DNA of 64,000 nucleotides from Oscillospiraceae bacterium (GCA_031549735.1 JAVBPF010000002.1:19790-83789), one strand, 5' to 3'; positions 25,105 through 35,164 are shown, counted from the first letter of the stretch. A program made the numbers and translations. The notes: generated from the sequence alone by a model not told the origin.

Positions 25105-26412
25105 TCAATCGATTACCATATCATTGCGCAGCAAGTCGTCCAGCGTCTCCCGGCGCAGAACCAACTTGTCCTGTCCCTGAGAGACCATGACGACAGGCGG
25201 CTTGGGCACACGGTTGTAATGCGAGGCCATGGAATAGTTGTAGGCTCCGGTGGACAGCACGCACACCAGGTCGCCGGCCTGAACCGGCGGTAGCTGAATA
25301 TCGCGGGCGATCAAGTCTCCCGACTCGCAGCAGCGTCCGGCCAATGTGACGGTCGTATCCTTGGGCAGCTGAGGGCGTTCGGGCAAAAGCGCGTCATACC
25401 GCGCCTGATAGAGCGCGAAGCGCGGATTGTCGGTCATGCCGCCGTTGACCGCGACATAGGTGCGCGCATTGGGAATGCGTTTGACCGAGCCGACCGTGTA
25501 AACGGTGACGCCCGATGTGGCCGTAATGGAGCGACCGGGTTCAAGGACCAGATGCGGCAGCGGCAGTTGATACCGGGCACACTCGGCCTGAACCGCGTGT
25601 GCGGTGGCCGACACCACCTCGTCGATGGAACGGGGGTCGTCGTCCTGCGTATAGGCAATACCGAAACCGCCGCCCAGATTGAGCTCAAACAGCGGCAGTC
25701 CATATTCCTGGCACAGTTCAGCGTAAAACGCCATCATCACCGAAACGGCATGGGCGAAAGGTTCCGGGTCAAAGATCTGCGAGCCGATGTGGCAGTGCAG
25801 GCCGACCGGTTTGACATGCGACATCTTGGCCGCGCGGCGTAAAATATCGAGCGCCTCGCCGGTCTCGAGCGCAAAGCCGAACTTGGAGTCGATGTTCCCG
25901 GTCTGTACGAACTCATGCGTGTGCGCGTCGATGCCGGGCTTAATGCGAAAGGAAATCTCAGGGCAAAGCCCTCTCTCCTTGGCCATGCGCTGAATGGTCT
26001 CGAGCTCCTCGGCGTTGTCGACCACGATGCGCCGGATCTTCTGGGTGAGACACAGGTCAATCTCGGACTCGGTCTTGTTGTTGCCGTGAAAACAGACACG
26101 ATCCATCGGAAAACCGGCCTTCATGGCCGTATACAGCTCCCCCGCCGACACCGTATCCAGTCCCATGCCCTCCTCGGCGGCGATACGAGCCATATACAAG
26201 CAGGTGAACGCCTTGCTGGCGTGGGCGATGGTACCGGCGCCGGGGTAATGGCGCTTCAGCGCGCCGGTAAACTCCCGGCAATGGGAACGGATGTCGTCCT
26301 CATCCATAATCATCAGCGGTGTACCGTACTGCTCGGCCAGCTGGGAAATCTCACGCCGGCCGATGGTGAGTTGTCCCCTGTCGGAGATCCCCAGAGCTGC
26401 GGGCAAAAACAT
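25105..26412 (-). CDS. lysA: Diaminopimelate decarboxylase
   Basis: 435 aa; PLP-fold AHASKAF (Lys), GLHCHIGSQ, LNLGGGFG, EPGR, CESGD motifs. Confidence 0.93.
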   Translation of the reverse strand: MFLPAALGISDRGQLTIGRREISQLAEQYGTPLMIMDEDDIRSHCREFTGALKRHYPGAGTIAHASKAFTCLYMARIAAEEGMGLDTVSAGELYTAMKAGFPMDRVCFHGNNKTESEIDLCLTQKIRRIVVDNAEELETIQRMAKERGLCPEISFRIKPGIDAHTHEFVQTGNIDSKFGFALETGEALDILRRAAKMSHVKPVGLHCHIGSQIFDPEPFAHAVSVMMAFYAELCQEYGLPLFELNLGGGFGIAYTQDDDPRSIDEVVSATAHAVQAECARYQLPLPHLVLEPGRSITATSGVTVYTVGSVKRIPNARTYVAVNGGMTDNPRFALYQARYDALLPERPQLPKDTTVTLAGRCCESGDLIARDIQLPPVQAGDLVCVLSTGAYNYSMASHYNRVPKPPVVMVSQGQDKLVLRRETLDDLLRNDMVID

Positions 26413-26463
26413 ACGCAGTCTCCCCTTCCTCGCTTCGCTTTATCCACTGTCTCTTAGTAGGCG

Positions 26464-27225
26464 TCAAAAAGACTCCGTGACCACGGTATTGGTCAATGTT
26501 CCAATGCCTTCGATGTCCACACTGATGGTATCTTCCGCACGCATCGGCCCGACGCCGGGCGGCGTACCGGTCAAAATGACATCACCGGGCAGCAGTGTCA
26601 TCACCGATGACACAAAGGCAATAAGGCGCTCAATGCTCCAGACAAACTGCGAGGTACGCGCCGACTGACGTACTTCCCCGTTGAGCAACGATTGGATTCT
26701 GAGATCACTCGCGTCGAGCTCGGTCTCAATCCAGGGTCCGATCGGGGCAAACCCGTCAAAACCCTTAGCACGCGTCCATTGTCCGTCCTGTCGCTGCAGA
26801 TCCCGGGCCGTGATATCGTTGGCGCAGGTGTAGCCGAAGATCACGTCCTTCGCCTGCTCGGCCTCCACATCGGCGGCGGTCTGTCCGATTACGACGGCCA
26901 ACTCGGCCTCATAGTCGAGCCGGGTTACGGTGGGGGGATATGGGATTTCAGCGCCCGGTCCAATCAGCGCCGAGGGCGGTTTCAAAAAAATCACCGGTTC
27001 GGCCGGCTCATGTCCCAGTTCGGCGGCGTGTTCGGCAAAATTGTGCCCAATGCAGACGATCTTGGACGGGCAAACCGGCGCTAGAAAATGGAGGTCTCGC
27101 AATGGTAGCACCTTAGCCTCGGGCGCGACACCCAGCCAAGGCGCCTGCGACAGAGGGCGGACAAGGCTGCCCTCCAAAATGGCCCAGCCCGTTTGTGCCC
27201 CGGTGCGGTAGCGGATAAACTTCAT
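26464..27225 (-). CDS. Fumarylacetoacetate hydrolase (FAH) family protein
   Basis: Start at ATG 27225 after AGGAGAGG (MKFIRYRTG); KIVCIGHNF, DYEAELAVVIG, ANDITARD, TGTPPGVG motifs. Confidence 0.85.
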   Translation of the reverse strand: MKFIRYRTGAQTGWAILEGSLVRPLSQAPWLGVAPEAKVLPLRDLHFLAPVCPSKIVCIGHNFAEHAAELGHEPAEPVIFLKPPSALIGPGAEIPYPPTVTRLDYEAELAVVIGQTAADVEAEQAKDVIFGYTCANDITARDLQRQDGQWTRAKGFDGFAPIGPWIETELDASDLRIQSLLNGEVRQSARTSQFVWSIERLIAFVSSVMTLLPGDVILTGTPPGVGPMRAEDTISVDIEGIGTLTNTVVTESF

Positions 27226-27261
27226 TGGATATCCTCTCCTTGCCTGCATCGTAGTTTTGCC

Positions 27262-27849
27262 TTACGAATCGTGCAATGCTTTCTCCATATCAGACAACAC
27301 GGCGTCTCGTCCGGCCTTTTTCTCCGCAGAAAATGGAATGGGCGGCTCGGGCAACACAAGCGTTTCCCGGATGCGCTGGCAGTGGGAGGGAATTTCCGAG
27401 GGCTTGAGCTTGTCAATTTTGTTGGCAATGACCGCGTAGGGTACCATGGTCATCTGGAAGTAGGACGCCATGGTAATATCCTGGGCGGTGGGCTTGTGGC
27501 GGGCATCAACAATCATGTATCCCTTTGTGATGGCACGCATATCCTCAAAAAACCGCTCCATTAAATCGGCCCACCTGGCCTTCTCGGTGTGCGATACATT
27601 GGCATATCCATAGCCCGGCAAGTCGACGAGACAGACATCGCCGACCGCAAAGTAGTTCACGGCGCGCGTTTTGCCCGGGGTATGGCCGACCTTGGCCAGT
27701 TGTTTGCGCCCGAGCAGGCAGTTGATGACCGAGGACTTACCTACATTGGAACGACCGGCAAAGACAAACTTGGGTCGGTCGTCGTGAATGAATTGCTCGG
27801 GTGAAAAGGCGGACAGCAGGAACTCGGCCTGCGTTACATTCAGCGCCAT
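27262..27849 (-). CDS. engB: Ribosome biogenesis GTP-binding protein YsxC/EngB
   Basis: Start at ATG 27849 immediately after the lon stop; G1 GRSNVGKSS, DLPGYGYA, NKIDK. Confidence 0.9.
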   Translation of the reverse strand: MALNVTQAEFLLSAFSPEQFIHDDRPKFVFAGRSNVGKSSVINCLLGRKQLAKVGHTPGKTRAVNYFAVGDVCLVDLPGYGYANVSHTEKARWADLMERFFEDMRAITKGYMIVDARHKPTAQDITMASYFQMTMVPYAVIANKIDKLKPSEIPSHCQRIRETLVLPEPPIPFSAEKKAGRDAVLSDMEKALHDS

Positions 27850-27850
27850 A

Positions 27851-30250
27851 TCAGCACAACTCCGCGTGCGCGACCGGCGGCCGCGCGGCGGACAGCATCG
27901 ATTCCAGCGGAACGTCGTCTCCCCTGACCGGCCGTTTGGCAAAGTCGATGGCGGCGGGCAACACGGCGTCCATGTGATCGGCCAGCACAAAATGCAACGC
28001 CTGCCGAACGGCCGGATCGATATCGGCCAGGTCTTTTTCGTTGTCGCGCGGCAAAATTACGGTGTGCACCCCGGCCCGGAAGGCGGCCATGGTCTTTTCT
28101 TTCAGTCCGCCGATCGGCAGGACGCGTCCGCGCAAAGTGATCTCACCGGTAAGCGCCACATCCCGGTTGACCGGCGCGCCGGTGAGCGCCGAAATCATGG
28201 CCACGGCCGAGGAAATCCCGGCCGACGGGCCGTCCTTGGGAATGGCGCCGCTGGGGAAATGAATGTGGATGTCATAGTTCTTGTGAAAATCGGGCTCGAG
28301 TCCGAGCGCCCCGGCACGACTGCGGATGTAAGTGAGCGCGGCGCGCGCCGACTCCTTCATCACATCGCCCAGGTTACCGGTCAGGTCAATTTTTCCGCTT
28401 CCCTTGACCACGCCCACTTCCATATCGAGCAATTCTCCGCCGACGCGTGTCCACGCCAGACCGGTGGCCACACCGACTTCGCCGGCGCCATGGAGCCGTT
28501 CGGGTTTGTATTTTCGGACACCGAGATAGGTTTCTAAGTGTTCAGGTCTAATGGTAACTTTTTCAGCGCCGCCGACGATCTCCATCGCCGATTTGCGGCA
28601 AAGCGCCGCCAGCTCCCGCTCGAGCTGACGCACACCCGATTCTCGAGTGTATCCGGCGATGACTTCACGAATGGCCGTGTCGGAGACGCGGCATACATTT
28701 CGGGACAACCCATGGCGAGCCAATTGCTTCCGCCACAAATGCTTTTTGGCGATTTGCAGCTTTTCCTCATCGGTATAGCTGGAAAGCTCAATGATCTCCA
28801 TACGGTCAAGCAACGCGGGCGGGATGGTTTCGGTCGTGTTGGCCGTTGTGAGGAAGAGAATATCGGACAGATCGAAGGGCAATTCAACATAGTGATCGCG
28901 GAACTCGGCGTTCTGCTTGACGTCGAACAACTCCAACAGAGCGGCCGCCGGATCGCCGCGGAAGTCATGCCCCAGCTTGTCGATTTCGTCGAGTACCAAT
29001 ACGGCGTTTCGCGTGCCGGCCTGGGACACAGCGGTGAGGATGCGGCCGGGCATGGCGCCGATGTAAGTCTTGCGGTGGCCGCGAATGTCGGCCTCGTCCC
29101 GCACTCCGCCCAACGACAGGCGACCCATTTTGCGGCCCATGGCGCGTGCCACCGAGGTAGCTACCGAGGTCTTGCCCACCCCCGGCGGGCCGACCAAACA
29201 GAGGATTTCCCCTTTTAGCTGAGGGGCGAGCTTTTTCACGGCCAGGAACTCCAAAATGCGTTCCTTGACCTTGGCCAGACCGTAGTGATCGGCGTCCAAC
29301 GTCCGGCTCGCCGCCGCGATGTCGAGTTTCTCGCGGGTATTCTTGTTCCAGGGCAGCGCCAGACAGGTATCCAGCCAGGTTCGGATCACGGCCGACTCCG
29401 GGGAGGACGTGTGCATGTGGGACAAGCGGTTGACCTCGGCCAGCAACTTGTCTTCAGCGAGTTCGGCCAACCGCAGTTTTTTGATTTTGTCGCGGTACTC
29501 GTCCACTTCCTGACCCAGGTTTTCCGACTCACCCAGCTCGTCCTGAATGGTTTTGATCTGTTCGCGGAGAAAATACTCGCGCTGGTTTTTGCTCAACTGC
29601 TGGCGCAGTTTGTTTTGAATGTTGTGTTCGATGTCCAGAATCTCGTTTTCGTGCGAAAGCAGCGAGATAACCCTGGTCAGCCGGTCGATGGGGTTGCTCA
29701 ACTCCAGAATGGTCTGCTTCTCCTCATGGCGAACGACCATGTTCTGGGCGATGAAGTCGGCCAGATGACCGGGATCGGTGATCTCGGTGACGCCTGCGGC
29801 CAACTCGGCCGACAGACGCGGCGCCAATCGCGCGTATTCATCGAAAAAAGCGTAGGCCTGGCGGATGATGGCTTCGACTTGATCCTCCGATACACGGCGG
29901 CGGCGCGCTTTGACCGGCGCGATCTCGGCAAGGAAATAGGGCTCGGAGGTCATGCGGTTGCTGATTTTGGCGCGGGCGACACCCTCCACCATCACGCGCA
30001 TGTTATCGCCGGGCAGTTTGAGAATCTGGCAGATACGGGCGACGGTGCCCACCTCGTAGAGATCGTCAAAATCAGGCTCCTCGGAGCGCAAATCACGCTG
30101 CGCCACCAAAAAAACCTGTTGATTTTCACTCATGGCCGCTTCAATCGCCCGGATGGACTTTTCCCGTCCGACGTCGAAGTGTACCAGCATTTGCGGAAAA
30201 ACAATAAGGCCGCGTAAAGCCAGCAACGGGAGGGTTTTTATCTCATCCAC
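27851..30250 (-). CDS. lon: ATP-dependent Lon protease
   Basis: [16 protein letters not shown]-domain, Walker [10 protein letters not shown], proteolytic DGPSAGI with Ser. Start set at GTG 30250, 7 nt after AAAGGAG (ORF-track start 30274 is an upstream GTG without RBS). Confidence 0.9.
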   Translation of the reverse strand: MDEIKTLPLLALRGLIVFPQMLVHFDVGREKSIRAIEAAMSENQQVFLVAQRDLRSEEPDFDDLYEVGTVARICQILKLPGDNMRVMVEGVARAKISNRMTSEPYFLAEIAPVKARRRRVSEDQVEAIIRQAYAFFDEYARLAPRLSAELAAGVTEITDPGHLADFIAQNMVVRHEEKQTILELSNPIDRLTRVISLLSHENEILDIEHNIQNKLRQQLSKNQREYFLREQIKTIQDELGESENLGQEVDEYRDKIKKLRLAELAEDKLLAEVNRLSHMHTSSPESAVIRTWLDTCLALPWNKNTREKLDIAAASRTLDADHYGLAKVKERILEFLAVKKLAPQLKGEILCLVGPPGVGKTSVATSVARAMGRKMGRLSLGGVRDEADIRGHRKTYIGAMPGRILTAVSQAGTRNAVLVLDEIDKLGHDFRGDPAAALLELFDVKQNAEFRDHYVELPFDLSDILFLTTANTTETIPPALLDRMEIIELSSYTDEEKLQIAKKHLWRKQLARHGLSRNVCRVSDTAIREVIAGYTRESGVRQLERELAALCRKSAMEIVGGAEKVTIRPEHLETYLGVRKYKPERLHGAGEVGVATGLAWTRVGGELLDMEVGVVKGSGKIDLTGNLGDVMKESARAALTYIRSRAGALGLEPDFHKNYDIHIHFPSGAIPKDGPSAGISSAVAMISALTGAPVNRDVALTGEITLRGRVLPIGGLKEKTMAAFRAGVHTVILPRDNEKDLADIDPAVRQALHFVLADHMDAVLPAAIDFAKRPVRGDDVPLESMLSAARPPVAHAELC

Positions 30251-30305
30251 AAAAACACTCCTTTCTTGTGTCACTGTCGAAAAGCAATGACCAACATATT
30301 TCTGT

Positions 30306-30334
30306 ATTATATCTCACGTTGCGACGCATGTAAA
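30306..30334 (-). promoter_or_regulatory. Sigma-A-type promoter for lon
   Basis: Minus strand TTTACA (30329-30334), 17 nt, TATAAT (30306-30311). Confidence 0.55.
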
Positions 30335-30458
30335 GAAAAAACCGGATCCTGTCAGGGCGAACGCACTCTGAGAGTCATTCACCTTGACCAGACCCGGAAA
30401 AGATAACCAAAGGACAACGACGGTTGTATCGAAATAGTTGCTCCCCAATCGTCGCACA

Positions 30459-31187
30459 TCAGGGTGTACTAGGTTTCTCAACGTGGTTTTCAAAATAATT
30501 CTCAATGCTGAGGGTCGCCGTTCCGGCGTTGCCGGTACCGGTGAACGTGATTTTGTAGATCTGATAGTGGTCGCCGGCGCCGCCCGACAGCACAATTCCG
30601 GATGCGAAGGGTATTTTACTATATATGGAGCCCGATTGTGGTGGGAAGCCCTTGCTGTCCGGCACCTTGGTCACGCATTCCAAGGTGGCCGTGACAGCTG
30701 TGGGACATTCGAGGGACATCGTATATTGACAGCCGAGCGACGATTCATCCTGTCCCCGATTCATTACCTTGACGTAATAGACCAGCTCTTGTGGCTCGGG
30801 CGGTTGCGGTTCCTCAGGAGGTTCGGGGTTTTCTCCCGGTTCCTCGGAAGGCTCATCGGAAGGTTCCGACGGATCCTCAGGCTCGGGGACGGGCGTCGGG
30901 AAGGACAGCGCCAGGTCAGCGCGGTGAGATGTATCACCGACAAGAGGCACCGTAGGCGCAATTCCTGTAAAGGAGGAAACGTTGTTGCCAAGAGAAACGG
31001 AGAAGTTGTATTGCCCGGCGCTGATGCTGTTGTTTGCCACGCGGACGGACAGGGTTTGCACCGCCAGCGCCGTCATCTGCAAAACAAAAAGCACAACCAC
31101 AAGCGCCGTCAGGAAGCGGACGATCCTGCGGCTTTTCATCCTAGTGTGCGTACTACGCTCATGTGTGTGGTCGTTGCTGCGGGGCAT
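30459..31187 (-). CDS. Secreted/membrane-anchored hypothetical protein with acidic Pro/Glu linker (last gene of the SipW/TasA-like operon)
   Basis: Start chosen at ATG 31187 (alternatives 31205, 31139). Hydrophobic N-terminal segment FLTALVVVLFVLQMTALAV. Two domains are joined by PEPEDPSEPSDEPSEEPGENPEPPEEPQPPEPQ. Confidence 0.6.
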   Translation of the reverse strand: MPRSNDHTHERSTHTRMKSRRIVRFLTALVVVLFVLQMTALAVQTLSVRVANNSISAGQYNFSVSLGNNVSSFTGIAPTVPLVGDTSHRADLALSFPTPVPEPEDPSEPSDEPSEEPGENPEPPEEPQPPEPQELVYYVKVMNRGQDESSLGCQYTMSLECPTAVTATLECVTKVPDSKGFPPQSGSIYSKIPFASGIVLSGGAGDHYQIYKITFTGTGNAGTATLSIENYFENHVEKPSTP

Positions 31188-31246
31188 ACCTTCACCTCGT
31201 CTCAAAGAGATGGTACGAATGTCAAAACAATCAGCGCCCTATGAAA

Positions 31247-32383
31247 TCACGGCTTTTCGGCTTGTTGGTGCCGCCGTTCCTCTTCTTGCGCGGTGGGACA
31301 GGCCAGAAGCGACTCCAGATCCGGAAGCGAGGAGTGCAGATCACCGGCGTCGCCCGCCCAGTCGTGCGTGGAGCGAACCGGCTCGGGGATGGGTTCGAGT
31401 TTTGCCTTAGGTTCGGCTTTGGCCTTGCTCTTGGGTTTGGATTCAGGCACAGATACGGGCTCCGACGCAGGCTCTGGGTCAGGATCTGGCTTGGGCGTTC
31501 GTTTCGATCTTAAAAACATTGCTTTTGGCCCGGATTCCGAATCGGATTTGGGCTTCGGTTCGGGTTTGCGTTCGATTTCAGACTCCCCTTCGAAGACAAG
31601 CATGGACTCAGCCTTCTCCGTTCTTTCGGGTTCCGCTTCAAGCTTAACATTGGTTTCCAGAACGGGATCGCCCGGAATGGGCATTTTTGTTTCGAAGTCA
31701 ATATAGGAGGATTCGGAAGGAAGATCCTCTCCCCGCTCCAGACGCTGGAGCTTACTCTTCAACAGTTCCAGTTCCTCTTGGGCCTTCATATATCTTTCTT
31801 TTTCCCCGTCAAGCTCAGCGTTGAATTCTTCCTGCTTTTCAACACGGTAGGCTTTCCAATGGCGAAGAAAACGAACGGTCAGATACGCGATCAAGAGTAC
31901 AAACGGAAGCAAAACCAGAATAAGGTATCCGGCAGTGGAGCGCAAGTAGTCAAAGAGATAACCCGCGCTGGGAATGCGGAAACGATACTGCCCCAGGACG
32001 CTGCTCTCAGGAGCCGGTACCGCGTCGACAACGCCGTTGGCCACACCGATGGTGACAAAGGCGGGTTCGCCTTCGTAGGTGGTGCGCTCATATATCTGGT
32101 GCGTTACCACCAGCCCGAAATTGGCCGGATCGATTGATTCAAAGGTTATGACATCGCCGGGTTGAAGCGTAGCCGGGTCAACGGTCTGCGAAACCACAAC
32201 ATCGCCGGCGTTAAATGTGCCTTTCATCGAGTCGGACAGCACGACAAAGAACTGAAAGCCGAAAACACCTTTTTGATTGTTGAAGCTTGTAAAGGAAAGA
32301 ATGGTGAATATCATGACAATGAAGGTAAACACCATCAGCAGAGCCACAAGAACGCGCCGGGCCACCCGCAGGACTTTCTTCAT
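31247..32383 (-). CDS. sipW: SipW-type (archaeal/ER-type, Ser-His) signal peptidase I with ~200-aa C-terminal extension
   Basis: N-terminal TM; VVLSDSMKGTFNAGDVV (compare B. subtilis SipW LSGSMEPEF); VVTHQI His box; second TM ~aa 150-171; then 207 further residues. Confidence 0.8.
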   Translation of the reverse strand: MKKVLRVARRVLVALLMVFTFIVMIFTILSFTSFNNQKGVFGFQFFVVLSDSMKGTFNAGDVVVSQTVDPATLQPGDVITFESIDPANFGLVVTHQIYERTTYEGEPAFVTIGVANGVVDAVPAPESSVLGQYRFRIPSAGYLFDYLRSTAGYLILVLLPFVLLIAYLTVRFLRHWKAYRVEKQEEFNAELDGEKERYMKAQEELELLKSKLQRLERGEDLPSESSYIDFETKMPIPGDPVLETNVKLEAEPERTEKAESMLVFEGESEIERKPEPKPKSDSESGPKAMFLRSKRTPKPDPDPEPASEPVSVPESKPKSKAKAEPKAKLEPIPEPVRSTHDWAGDAGDLHSSLPDLESLLACPTAQEEERRHQQAEKP

Positions 32384-32451
32384 ACCGAATCTCCTTGGAA
32401 TGAATAGATAAACCTATTATAAGGCCTTTCGGTGGCCGGTGTCCAATCCTT

Positions 32452-33132
32452 TTAGAAATCAATCTCATTGTTGGTGTATTGCGTCGCCGAAACGTGGAGG
32501 TCGGCGGTCAGGATCAGACCTTGATAACTATTGCCCGCCCAGTCGCACATTTTGTAATCAAGACGGTAAATCCGTACCGAGGGGTAATCCGGTCCGTTGG
32601 ACGGCGGGCTGGCATCCAAATACTCGTAGCCAAGATCCAGGTCAACCAGATCGGGCAGTACGCTCCAAGGGCCGGAAGGAACGGGTACCAGTGTGTCGTC
32701 GGCAAAGGACGGCACCTCGGTGAGACCGTCAAGCGGGGTCAAGCGGTATAGGATGACTTCCTGCAAGCGGCTGTTTGGGACAATTACATCGAAGCTGAGG
32801 GTGTATTTCAGGTCCAATGAACCATAGTTGACGAATTTAATGTATTTGGTGTTCCAGAGGCTGGGCTCCATGAGGTCATCACAAATCAGAGGCGGGGTTG
32901 TCTCCAGGGCGAAATTGTTGGTAACCGTGTCCAGCGGCGCGACGCCGTCGGCGTGGATGGGGGTACCGTACTTATCATAGCCCAGAACTCGAAGCTGCAG
33001 CGTCCCCATCTCGATGCGCGTACCTACATTGCCATACGTCACCGAAAACCACGCCAAGGTGGTTCCGGTCAGCATGACAAACGCCAGCAATATCGCACAC
33101 AGGGACATGAAGATGTTTCGCTTTTTATTCAT
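32452..33132 (-). CDS. TasA/CalY (camelysin, M73)-like fibre subunit candidate with SipW-dependent-type signal peptide
   Basis: 226 aa; signal LLAFVMLTGTTLAWFS followed by GTLQLRVLGYD; paralogous to the N-terminal ~200 aa of 33275-35164. Confidence 0.7.
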   Translation of the reverse strand: MNKKRNIFMSLCAILLAFVMLTGTTLAWFSVTYGNVGTRIEMGTLQLRVLGYDKYGTPIHADGVAPLDTVTNNFALETTPPLICDDLMEPSLWNTKYIKFVNYGSLDLKYTLSFDVIVPNSRLQEVILYRLTPLDGLTEVPSFADDTLVPVPSGPWSVLPDLVDLDLGYEYLDASPPSNGPDYPSVRIYRLDYKMCDWAGNSYQGLILTADLHVSATQYTNNEIDF

Positions 33133-33197
33133 ACAACAAGCTCCGTACTCCGGACAGGGCTTCCGGAGTTAATGGGGGCACTGGAAAGCCGCCGGGT

Positions 33198-33228
33198 GCG
33201 GGCGGACGCCAAGGTGGCGTCCGCCCGC
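33198..33228 (-). promoter_or_regulatory. Intercistronic GC hairpin between the two TasA-like genes
   Basis: Perfect 13-bp stem GCGGGCGGACGCC (33198-33210) / GGCGTCCGCCCGC (33216-33228), 5-nt loop, no U-tail. Confidence 0.4.
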
Positions 33229-33274
33229 AGCAGCGGGGTGCTGTAATGGTTATCGGTGGTTTTGCGGGGTGGGT

Positions 33275-35164
33275 TTAGCCGATGTAGAATCGCAAGAAGT
33301 CGGGTTTGCCGTCATAGCTCTGCCCAATGATTCTGGGGCTTCCGGTGATGCCTGTGTTGTTTGCGATCAGTCCATCAATATAGGCGTCGGTGAGTCCGGC
33401 CGTGTCCTGGTTGGCACGCTGCCAGGCGCCTCTAAAGGCTACAGGAGCGCCGGCTCGAGTGTCCATGGACTTGTTGATGAAAGTGTTGCCGGTGAACAGC
33501 GGATAGACGATATCCTCTTTGCACCAGCCACTGTAATCGGAGTTGCCCGAAAGCGTAAAGTCGTTTAGGAAAATGACCACGCTGTCATCAAATAGGTTGT
33601 CACGCACGATCAACTGATCCGGATTGGCGTTTTTGCCGGCGCCCTTGTTTATGCACAGCGCGCTGTTTCGGAAGTTGTTGTTGATGATGGTGTACGCACC
33701 CTTGGCGCCCATCATCAAGCCGACGGCCTGGTCACCACTATTGCCCCAGAAATTGTTCGAATCAAAGGTGCAGTTTTTGATGACACCGGAAGCGTCCGGT
33801 CCGTACTCAAGCAGTTTGCCATCAATAGAAATGTAGCCGGGATTACTGTCGTCATGGAAAGTAAAGGTAAAGCCATCCATAGTAACGTTGGAAGCTGCGA
33901 CAAACAGAGCCTGTTGACGATAGCCCATGCCGCTTTCGCGCTTGAACGTGATAATGGTGTTGTCGGGATCCTCGGCAATGAGTGTGATGTTGTCCGTCGT
34001 GATCATCAGGTTGGCGACATCTGCAACGAGATTCGATTCAGGCGACGTGGTGTTATAGATACCGGCGGGCACAACCGCGACTGCTCCATCATCGAGATCC
34101 TCAACGGCCGCAACAAACTCAGCACCCGTCATGCCATCCGGAAGAATAACAAGATTGTCTATTTCTGCTACGGTGGCTTCGTTGTGGAAGTCTCTCACAT
34201 TGCCGGTGCCCGGAGTCGCATCCAGTCCAAGGTCAGTATCAACTAGGAACAGACGCAGGTCGGAGCAAAGGTTGATGACTGTGTTCGGAGTATTAAATGC
34301 AACGCTCTTGGCAAAAATCTTACCATTCGCGATGTCCGAAGCACAGGAGAGATCATACTCAAAAGAAATGTCCACGCCCGGGGCATCCAACTTGTATCCG
34401 TTCAGATCAAAGTTGTGCGCCTTGTCGATCGTCAGAACCAAAGCCGTGCTCGGAGCAGTAATGTCGGCGCCGAAGATGATGGTCGATCCTTCGTCGGCGG
34501 CAATCGCGGCGAGCAGCTCATCCCATGTGCTGACTACCGTCATCTTGGCATCGTCGATATCCTGGATGGCCGTGACCAAAATGTCAGCCTCGAAGGACTT
34601 ATTCTGATAATAGTTACCGGCCCAGTCGCAGAACTTGTAGTCGATTCTATAGAATTTTGAATCGGTGCCGACTGGAAGCTTGACAAACTCGCCGCCCTCA
34701 GAAGTCAACTCACTCATGGGTTTCCAGTTATCAGTTTTGTCAATGTCCTTTCGGTCGCCCAGTACGTCAACCGGAACCAAACGATACAACAGAACATCTT
34801 CCAAACCGCCGTCATTGGCGCTGAACTGCAGCTTAAATTTGAGATCTAAAGTGCCGTTGTTTTTGACCTCTATGTACTTGTGTCCAACCAGGCTGGGTTC
34901 CCAATTTTCCTCGCTGATGAGCGCCTCGGTACTCGTCAGAGCGAAGTCGTTGGTAGGTTCCAACTCGGTGACCGCATAGGAGTTAGCGTCGTAATCATAC
35001 CCCAAGACCTGAATCTGCAGCGAACCGGAATCAATCCGATTGCCCTTGTTGCTGGCCACCGAGGTGAACCAGGCGAAGGTGGTCGCGGCCAGCAGCACGA
35101 CGCACAGCAATAGTGCGACGCCGCTGAACAACAGCGAACGTTTGGTGTGGGTCTTTCTTTTCAT
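33275..35164 (-). CDS. TasA-like N-terminal domain fused to a parallel beta-helix-repeat region; SipW-dependent-type signal peptide
   Basis: 629 aa. Signal is LLLCVVLLAATTFAWFT, then GSLQIQVLGYD...YRIDYKFCDWAGNYYQ. The C-terminal ~400 aa has periodic short repeats rich in N/G/D/T/I (e.g. NCTFDSNNFWGN, TIINNNFRNS, LIVRDNLFDDS), as in pectate-lyase-like beta-helices. Confidence 0.7.
   Translation of the reverse strand: MKRKTHTKRSLLFSGVALLLCVVLLAATTFAWFTSVASNKGNRIDSGSLQIQVLGYDYDANSYAVTELEPTNDFALTSTEALISEENWEPSLVGHKYIEVKNNGTLDLKFKLQFSANDGGLEDVLLYRLVPVDVLGDRKDIDKTDNWKPMSELTSEGGEFVKLPVGTDSKFYRIDYKFCDWAGNYYQNKSFEADILVTAIQDIDDAKMTVVSTWDELLAAIAADEGSTIIFGADITAPSTALVLTIDKAHNFDLNGYKLDAPGVDISFEYDLSCASDIANGKIFAKSVAFNTPNTVINLCSDLRLFLVDTDLGLDATPGTGNVRDFHNEATVAEIDNLVILPDGMTGAEFVAAVEDLDDGAVAVVPAGIYNTTSPESNLVADVANLMITTDNITLIAEDPDNTIITFKRESGMGYRQQALFVAASNVTMDGFTFTFHDDSNPGYISIDGKLLEYGPDASGVIKNCTFDSNNFWGNSGDQAVGLMMGAKGAYTIINNNFRNSALCINKGAGKNANPDQLIVRDNLFDDSVVIFLNDFTLSGNSDYSGWCKEDIVYPLFTGNTFINKSMDTRAGAPVAFRGAWQRANQDTAGLTDAYIDGLIANNTGITGSPRIIGQSYDGKPDFLRFYIG

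Noticed and set aside
30371-30390. GGTCAAGGTGAATGAC upstream of the lon promoter as a CtsR box, with nearby GACTCTCAGAGTGC as CIRCE
   Set aside because: Only the first heptad fits the CtsR consensus (A/G)GTCAAA-NAN-(A/G)GTCAAA. There is no TTAGCACTC-N9-GAGTGCTAA.
31290-31560. Short periodic DNA repeats (ggtttgg/ggcttgg/ggttcgg units), examined as a possible repeat array
   Set aside because: They are fully explained by the low-complexity Pro/Lys/Glu-coding tail of sipW on the minus strand. There is no repeat-spacer organisation. No CRISPR array exists anywhere in the window.
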